NCBI GenBank assembly: GCA_032128875.1
Contig: JAVLKG010000002.1
Location: 704,001 to 768,000 of the forward strand
Direction: 5' to 3'
Source: Candidatus Melainabacteria bacterium 17Bon1m
GTDB lineage: Bacteria; Cyanobacteriota; Vampirovibrionia; Obscuribacterales; Obscuribacteraceae
DNA: 64,000 nt
The notes below the pieces were generated by a model. It saw nothing but the letters and a program-made list of their open reading frames with translations. It ran no database searches and had not been told where the DNA came from. Made by a program: the position numbers and the translations under genes. How positions within the stretch are numbered: position 1 is the stretch's first letter; each line of letters starts with the position of its first letter. This document shows, one piece after another, positions 58,036-64,000 of this stretch.

Positions 58036-58881
58036 ATGAGCTCAATCACTGATTGTTTATTGATTGTTGGACTGACAACGGTGCTTTCAGTCGCCGGACT
58101 CTTACTTGTGCGCAAGAAATTTTCCCGCGAGCAGTTCGAGTCTTGCCACGAAGTCGGCGGCTTTTTGCTCTCGGTGGTCGGCACTTTGTATGCGATTTTA
58201 GTGGGATTGATTGTCGTCAACTCACAAGGCAAAGTTGATGCTGCCAGTCAAATGGCCGTCGCTGAAGCGAACATGCTCTCGAATATGTATCACCTGTCGA
58301 ACACCTTCAAGGAGCCGACAAGAAGCAAGATTCATCAGCATATCTATGATTATGCGGTGGCAGCCGTCAGTCAGGACTGGTCGCTTGTAGAAGAAGGTTT
58401 GGAGAAGGAAGCGACTATACCTCCGTATCAGGCACTCTGGAAGGAAGTGACACATTACGTTCCACATGAGGACAATGAGTCTCAATGCTACGCAACCATG
58501 TTGGGAAACATGCAAGAGCTTTCCGAAGCACGCAAGTACAGAATGGTTGCTGCTAGAGGTGGACTTTCTCCTGTGCTTTGGTCGGTACTGATCGCTGGTG
58601 GGGCGATGATTGTTTTATTCACTTATTTTTTCTACGTTCAGAGTTTGCTTGCTCAAACAATCATGACTATTTTCGTAGCAGTCTTTCTTTCGCTGAATGT
58701 CTATCTGATCTACATTTGCCAAAATCCATATCGCCCTGAGCTTGGTGCGAAAGAAGCAGGATTTGGATTTAGTTTTACACCTAATTGGTTTAAAGACCGA
58801 CCGAGTGTTCCACATATAGAATCAAACATTCCAGAGAAGATCGAGCAGAAAGCAACCGAGACCACGGAAGTGAAACAGTGA
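58036..58881 (+). CDS. DUF4239 (bestrophin-like) membrane protein
   Basis: VVGTLYAILVGLIVV, AVAEAN, ELSEARKYR, LWSVLIAG pattern; multiple TMs. Confidence 0.8.
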   Translation: MSSITDCLLIVGLTTVLSVAGLLLVRKKFSREQFESCHEVGGFLLSVVGTLYAILVGLIVVNSQGKVDAASQMAVAEANMLSNMYHLSNTFKEPTRSKIHQHIYDYAVAAVSQDWSLVEEGLEKEATIPPYQALWKEVTHYVPHEDNESQCYATMLGNMQELSEARKYRMVAARGGLSPVLWSVLIAGGAMIVLFTYFFYVQSLLAQTIMTIFVAVFLSLNVYLIYICQNPYRPELGAKEAGFGFSFTPNWFKDRPSVPHIESNIPEKIEQKATETTEVKQ

Positions 58882-60089
58882 AATTAAAATTCCACGCAGC
58901 ATCGTTGGTAGTGTCCCTGTCCATGGGGTTGGCTCCGGTCTATGCTCAGCCAATGAGCCCACCTGGCGGAGGCAACCCGTTTCCTCCAGGGCAGCCAGAC
59001 GGCGTAGCCACTCCCCAGTACTCCGCGCCAGTTGATCCCGATTTGCAAGACCGATTGCAGAAAGTCGATGCAATGGTGGTCGATCGTATGCAAGCGTTAA
59101 ACATGCCTGCTTACTGTCTGACGATAATAAAAAACGGCAGAGTGGTTTTTCAAAAACCCTATGGCTATTCGAATATAGAGACAAAAGAGCCGACTACCAA
59201 TGACACCATATTTGGTCTCGCCTCGCTCACAAAAACATTCACATCTCTCACTCTTCTCTCACTTGTAGACAAAGGACTCGTGGGATTGGACGATCCACTC
59301 TCGAAATACATCGATGGGTTGACTAATGATTACAAACCGCTGACTATCAGGCAGCTAGCATCGATGACTGCTGGCGTTCCATCTAAAGTATCACAGGAAG
59401 TGGATTGGCGAAATCAGCTGGATATTTTGGATCACACACCACTGGTTTCTGCGCCGGGTTCTGCATACCTCTATTCTAATTTCAGTTATCGATTGCTTGG
59501 TTCTGTGATTGAAAAAGTCACTGGGCAACCCTATCTGCAAGTTGTTGAGTCAACTATTTGTGCGCCTTTGAACATGAAGAGCACAGGCACCGTCATGCTT
59601 TTGCGTCCGACAGGAAGAGTCGCTCAGGCCTATGGCGACAATATGGGTCAGGGGCCGCTCCGACCCATTGAGTACAAAAGTCCTGCGATTGCATTTTCGG
59701 CTGGTATGCTAGCCACCACATCAAACGACTTGATCAAATATGTGACCGCGTTGATGTCGCATCAAATCATCTCGCCGGCGGGCTATAAGACAATGTGGGA
59801 TTACCGCCCACCGTTGACTACCGGGCAACCCTCAAAATGGGCATTTGGTTGGGCGAAAGCCTACAACAAAAACATGAATGCGATGACACTTTCTATGAAT
59901 GGTGGCACACCAGGAATTGCATCGACAATTATCATTTTGCCAGAGTCCAATTCAGCCGTGATTGCGCTGTGCAATCTTCGCAAACCGCCGGTTTATCAAG
60001 TCGCACGAACAGCTGCTGCAATAGCCTTTGGAAGTGGCGCACAGCCGGCCGGAGAGGAAGAGGAGCATCCTGGACAGGGCGCTGACTAA
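58878..60089 (+). CDS. secreted serine hydrolase, beta-lactamase family
   Basis: Signal peptide; ASLTKTF, YSN, NGGTPG; GTGA overlap with upstream gene. Confidence 0.88.
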   Translation: MKLKFHAASLVVSLSMGLAPVYAQPMSPPGGGNPFPPGQPDGVATPQYSAPVDPDLQDRLQKVDAMVVDRMQALNMPAYCLTIIKNGRVVFQKPYGYSNIETKEPTTNDTIFGLASLTKTFTSLTLLSLVDKGLVGLDDPLSKYIDGLTNDYKPLTIRQLASMTAGVPSKVSQEVDWRNQLDILDHTPLVSAPGSAYLYSNFSYRLLGSVIEKVTGQPYLQVVESTICAPLNMKSTGTVMLLRPTGRVAQAYGDNMGQGPLRPIEYKSPAIAFSAGMLATTSNDLIKYVTALMSHQIISPAGYKTMWDYRPPLTTGQPSKWAFGWAKAYNKNMNAMTLSMNGGTPGIASTIIILPESNSAVIALCNLRKPPVYQVARTAAAIAFGSGAQPAGEEEEHPGQGAD

Positions 60090-60140
60090 ATTTGAGCCAG
60101 GCGGTTGGTCCAAGTCCGGCGAAGACTACGACTATAGGCT

Positions 60141-60229
60141 GACCCAGCTAACGCTATGGTAAGACCACGGCTCCCGCTATCGTCAGACCCCGGCTCCCGC
60201 TATCGTCAGACCCAGCTCACGCTATGGTC
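60141..60229. repeat. 22-23-bp tandem repeat, 4 copies
   Basis: gacccagctaacgctatggtaa / gaccacggctcccgctatcgtca / gaccccggctcccgctatcgtca / gacccagctcacgctatggtc. Confidence 0.85.
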
Positions 60230-60683
60230 TTTTATGCTCGCGGCAAATGTGGAAGTAACCACGTGTGAATGGCTCGAACTGCAGACTTTCATCTAGTGAG
60301 ACATCAAGGTATGCGACCAGCTTTTTCAACGCGTCTTCTCCTGCATGATTGCAGAGTGATAGTCCGTTGCTTACAGCAGAACCTTCATAGCTGCGAAGAT
60401 CACCGATTCGGTTCGCTTCGATGTAGACAAAAACTGTGTTCGGAAATTTCTCACTGAAAGAGAGCAGCTCTGCCTTCATCGAATTTGCTATGCGTTGGTG
60501 CTCTTCTTCCTGCGCAGCGTTGAATACAAGCGGATAGCAACGATCTGCACCGGGGTCGGCTATACCGACACCTTGGAATGGCTTGTCAATGGTGCGGGTC
60601 AGGCAACCCCGCCACTTGCGGCGCGCAGAGTCGAGGATTGCGGGATCACCCTTTGCAAAGATGGCTGTGCAATGGTAGGTCAT
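60222..60683 (-). CDS. hypothetical protein
   Basis: Globular-looking ORF starting MTYHCTAIFAKG; fills the gap between neighbours. Confidence 0.65.
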   Translation of the reverse strand: MTYHCTAIFAKGDPAILDSARRKWRGCLTRTIDKPFQGVGIADPGADRCYPLVFNAAQEEEHQRIANSMKAELLSFSEKFPNTVFVYIEANRIGDLRSYEGSAVSNGLSLCNHAGEDALKKLVAYLDVSLDESLQFEPFTRGYFHICREHKRP

Positions 60684-60779
60684 TGGGCAATTATGCCAGA
60701 GATGACAACTTTGACTACGTCCGGGAGTACTTGAGAAGCGCAAGGAAAAATGGCGAAAACTCTGATATCATGCGCGCCT

Positions 60780-61619
60780 ATGAGCAATTCAGCTAAAACA
60801 GTAACAATTGAAGAATGTAAGACTGACAACGGCATTTTTTGTCGCCAGACGTATACCTCAACGTCGCAAGAATATTTGGTTCTTGTAATGGGTTATGGTG
60901 GCAGTTTGCGAATTTGGCCCGCTAGTTTTGTCAACAGATTGGCGGAGCGATTCAAGGTCGTTAGTTATGACAATCGGGGCACCGGACTCAGTGTCGTGCC
61001 GCAAATTCCCGAAGAGTACACCGTTAAGGTGATGTCTGATGATTTGTTTGACGTAACTACCACTTTGGGTATCAAGTCACACCACTTACTTGGATATAGC
61101 ATGGGCGGCTGCATGGCATTGCAATATGCTCATGACCATCAGGATTTTGTGAAATCTCTTTTCTTGATGTCCAGTACTGCTGGTGGTGCACTTTTTGCAA
61201 AGCCTGATAAAGCTGTTTCAACAGCACTCGCCAATCCTGAGGGTAAAACGCTCTGGGACATTTATATGTCCACTTTTAGCTTGATGTACGCTCCTGAAGT
61301 TTTAGAACGTTGCATGCCAACTATAAAGGCTATCTATGATGTTTCCAAAGATTGCCCTACCCGACCGATTGCTCTCGCCGGTCACTCTAACGCCTTCAAG
61401 GGTTTTGACGGATCAAGTTATTTGGAAAAATTGAGAATTCCCACTACCATTCTTAGCGGAAAGAATGATCGTTTGATGCCGCTGCAAAACTCACAAAATC
61501 TTGCGGACAAACTGCCGAATGCAAAGTTGGTTTTGCTCGATGATTGCGAACACGGACCACACATTCAAAACGAAGATGAAGTCGTTGAACTGATCCTGAA
61601 CTCGGCAGGAAAATCTTAG
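60780..61619 (+). CDS. alpha/beta hydrolase
   Basis: MGYGG, YDNRGTG, GYSMGG, GKNDRL, CEHG; start 60750 or 60780. Confidence 0.88.
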   Translation: MSNSAKTVTIEECKTDNGIFCRQTYTSTSQEYLVLVMGYGGSLRIWPASFVNRLAERFKVVSYDNRGTGLSVVPQIPEEYTVKVMSDDLFDVTTTLGIKSHHLLGYSMGGCMALQYAHDHQDFVKSLFLMSSTAGGALFAKPDKAVSTALANPEGKTLWDIYMSTFSLMYAPEVLERCMPTIKAIYDVSKDCPTRPIALAGHSNAFKGFDGSSYLEKLRIPTTILSGKNDRLMPLQNSQNLADKLPNAKLVLLDDCEHGPHIQNEDEVVELILNSAGKS

Positions 61620-61629
61620 CGCTTTCTAC

Positions 61630-63321
61630 TTAGAGTTTTAAACCTTCGGTAAGGCTGGCAACAGAAACTGCACCGATGTCTCTAAGCAGTTGTGCTTGAG
61701 CCACATTGAAGTCTACAACGGCGCGAGCCTTGTTGACGCTTGCTTGCGTTAAATCTCGCTGCGCGTTCAATACGTCAATATTTAGACCGATGCCGGCGGA
61801 CATTCTCTTCTTGGCTATTCGCAATTCTTCTTCGGCAGCGAGAACTTGGACAGTTGCGCGATCGATTTTCTTATCTGATGCAGCGCTGTTGTTGTAGGAA
61901 GTCCTGACTTCATCGAATACATTCAAGAACGTTTTCTTAGCTTGTACTGCGGCTTGTCGAGCTTCCCAGCGAGCACGTTGCATGTTTGCTAAATCTTTGG
62001 TGCCTAAGCCACCAAGCTGCCATTTGATGCCCAGATTGATGTTGTAAATCGGGTCGAGATTTCCACCGGTGCCAACACCTACGATTGAACCACCCATTGA
62101 AACGTTGGGCTGCATTGGAGCTGCCGCGACGACAATCGCGCGTTTTGCGGCGAGGCGAAGTTCTTCGTATTGTTTTAATTCTGGACGTGCGTCTATTGCT
62201 CTCAACAACAGTTTTTCAACTGGTATCGATTTTGGTATCAGTCTTCTTTTCTTGAGGTGTTTTTCGCACGATTCCAGATCTTGAGAAAAACTCGTATTGA
62301 GAACGTGCGCAAGTTGAATTGCCGATTGGCGCCTTTGGTTTTGTTGCTCTACCAAATTTTGTTCGTCACTGGCAAGTTGTGCTTGCGACTGCAATACATC
62401 GAGCCCAGTCGCGGTGCCTGCCCTTTCTTGAGCTTGATTTAGTCGAACCTGCTCGATCGAAATTGCCACTGCCCGTGTGCGAATAGCGAGCAATGCTTCT
62501 TGCAGCAGCAAATCATAGTGTCTTTTGGTGGCACTCAGTAAAGTGTCGTTGACGTTTGCCGACAAACCGGCTCTTGAAGCGAACCAACGGTGACGCTGTT
62601 GCAAGGTGCTGAAAACAACGCTGCCGCCTCTGTAGAGGTTGTATGAAAAGCCTGCTTGCAATAATTGAATGTTTGTAGGTAGTTTTGCCTTACCACCATC
62701 AACTCTGTTGCCTGCGGTCGTAGCAGGCGTTGAACCGAATAACGAGGATGGAATACTGCCGTTGATCCCAAACAGGTTATATCCGCCGTTCAGATTGGGA
62801 AGAAAACCGGTGGCAGCCGATAGATATGAATAGCGATCAACTTTCGAGCGAACGAAACCTTCTTCAATGTCCAGGTTATGTTGGAGCGCAGCTTCAAGCG
62901 TGTCTTTCAAGCTAACCTTTTCAATGTAGCGAGCATCCAGGGAAAATGGATTGAGGTTTTCCTCCAGAGGAATCAACGCATCGAGCGAAGGACGCTCAAT
63001 CAAAACGCCAGTTTCATCACTTTCTTGTGCTGCACCCGGTTCTTTGATGCGCTCAAGTGGTGTTTCGACTTTATCGACAGTCCCTTGTCCTATTGGTCTT
63101 ACAGTCTGAGTTGCCCTAAGTTCGATCACATATTTTGGCGGCTTTTTCTGCTCTGCATTTGGTACGACTGTCTTTAGCGGCTTTTTGAGATCTTTCAAAG
63201 CATCTTTGTTGTCTTTGCCAGCATCAATTGTGGCTGCTACCGAGGGATGTCCAATGACAATACACGCGATGATAGGAACCGCTGCTATAGCGGAGTTCGC
63301 TAATTTCGACTTACCTGACAT
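61630..63321 (-). CDS. TolC family outer-membrane efflux protein
   Basis: Signal peptide; two OEP repeats (AGTATGLDVLQSQAQL; AGIGLNIDVLNAQRDL). Confidence 0.9.
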   Translation of the reverse strand: MSGKSKLANSAIAAVPIIACIVIGHPSVAATIDAGKDNKDALKDLKKPLKTVVPNAEQKKPPKYVIELRATQTVRPIGQGTVDKVETPLERIKEPGAAQESDETGVLIERPSLDALIPLEENLNPFSLDARYIEKVSLKDTLEAALQHNLDIEEGFVRSKVDRYSYLSAATGFLPNLNGGYNLFGINGSIPSSLFGSTPATTAGNRVDGGKAKLPTNIQLLQAGFSYNLYRGGSVVFSTLQQRHRWFASRAGLSANVNDTLLSATKRHYDLLLQEALLAIRTRAVAISIEQVRLNQAQERAGTATGLDVLQSQAQLASDEQNLVEQQNQRRQSAIQLAHVLNTSFSQDLESCEKHLKKRRLIPKSIPVEKLLLRAIDARPELKQYEELRLAAKRAIVVAAAPMQPNVSMGGSIVGVGTGGNLDPIYNINLGIKWQLGGLGTKDLANMQRARWEARQAAVQAKKTFLNVFDEVRTSYNNSAASDKKIDRATVQVLAAEEELRIAKKRMSAGIGLNIDVLNAQRDLTQASVNKARAVVDFNVAQAQLLRDIGAVSVASLTEGLKL

Positions 63322-63399
63322 ATCTACCTTCTAACCAGCTCAACCTAGTTTATCAGCGCTGCAATACGAAGCGCGATGTGCGTAACCAAAAAACGGTAC

Positions 63400-64000
63400 T
63401 CAGTTTGCAATTTTCACGGAGGGAACTACCGACATTCCCGGCGCCAGAAGGTCGTCGTAACCTTTAAGCGATTCCTTATCAAAGACAATCTTGACCTGTA
63501 CTCGCTGGACCACTTTCGTGAAGTTGCCGGTAGCATTGTCCGGAGGGAGCAAAGCGAATTGTGCTCCTGATGCCGGGGAGATTGACTCAACTTTGCCGGT
63601 TAAATGTGCGTTGGGATAAGCGTCAATTTTGATCTCGACTTTTTGCCCTGGACGCATTTTTTCAAGTTGCGTTTCTTTGAAGTTTGCCACCACCCATTTT
63701 TCATCGGAAACAATGCTCATGAGCGCTTGACCGCGTTCAATCTGTTGTCCGACTTCTACCGTTCGGTGTCCGACATGACCTGTTATTGGCGCCAAAACAC
63801 TTGTGTAAGAGAGCTGTGTTACCGCATGATTCACTTCGCTTTTAGCCTTGTCAGCAGCGGCCTCCTGGACATTCAAGTTGCGCTTGGTCATCTCCATTTG
63901 GGCTGCTGCAGCTGCGGCATTTTGTGAGGCGCCTTTGGCTCGAATCACATCAGCTTGGGCGTCGGCGACTGCTTGAGTTGCAGCTTGGACACGTGCCTTT
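63400..64000 (-). CDS. emrA: HlyD/EmrA family membrane-fusion protein (5' end beyond window)
   Basis: VLAPITGHVG, WVVANFKETQL, FALLPPDNATGNFTKVVQRV. Confidence 0.9.
   Translation of the reverse strand, partial: KARVQAATQAVADAQADVIRAKGASQNAAAAAAQMEMTKRNLNVQEAAADKAKSEVNHAVTQLSYTSVLAPITGHVGHRTVEVGQQIERGQALMSIVSDEKWVVANFKETQLEKMRPGQKVEIKIDAYPNAHLTGKVESISPASGAQFALLPPDNATGNFTKVVQRVQVKIVFDKESLKGYDDLLAPGMSVVPSVKIAN

Noticed and set aside
60141-60229. Possible mini CRISPR array
   Set aside because: Repeats are directly adjacent with no unique spacers, and there are no cas genes in the window.

Overview
64 kb of gene-dense bacterial chromosome with about 60 CDS. I recognised no rRNA, tRNA, CRISPR array, transposase, integrase or prophage. 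The many secreted hypothetical, TPR, WD40, vWA and caspase proteins, a TolC/HlyD pair and the lack of photosynthesis genes here suggest a diderm organism, possibly a non-photosynthetic cyanobacterial relative (Vampirovibrionia/Obscuribacterales-like); this is inference only. The most striking locus is a translationally coupled operon at 5723-12736: a signal-peptide-bearing CstB-like persulfide dioxygenase-rhodanese, a Tat-lipoprotein SorA-type sulfite dehydrogenase, SorB, a second cytochrome c, a single-chain cbb3-type oxidase (CcoN + CcoO + two extra c hemes), a 55-aa membrane peptide and a SnoaL protein. It reads as a self-contained periplasmic sulfur-oxidation-to-O2 module. Other points of interest: YaiI (PIN-like) plus two tandem ABC-type ATPases; a DUF488-DUF5131 pair; leaderless effector-like proteins (catalytically dead calpain-like, glucosaminidase, S53 protease with a toxin-like N-terminus); unusual peptide repeats; REP-like palindromes; short tandem repeats. 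All product calls come from motif recognition by eye, not database searches. Several start codons were moved from the ORF track based on RBS or signal-peptide context.
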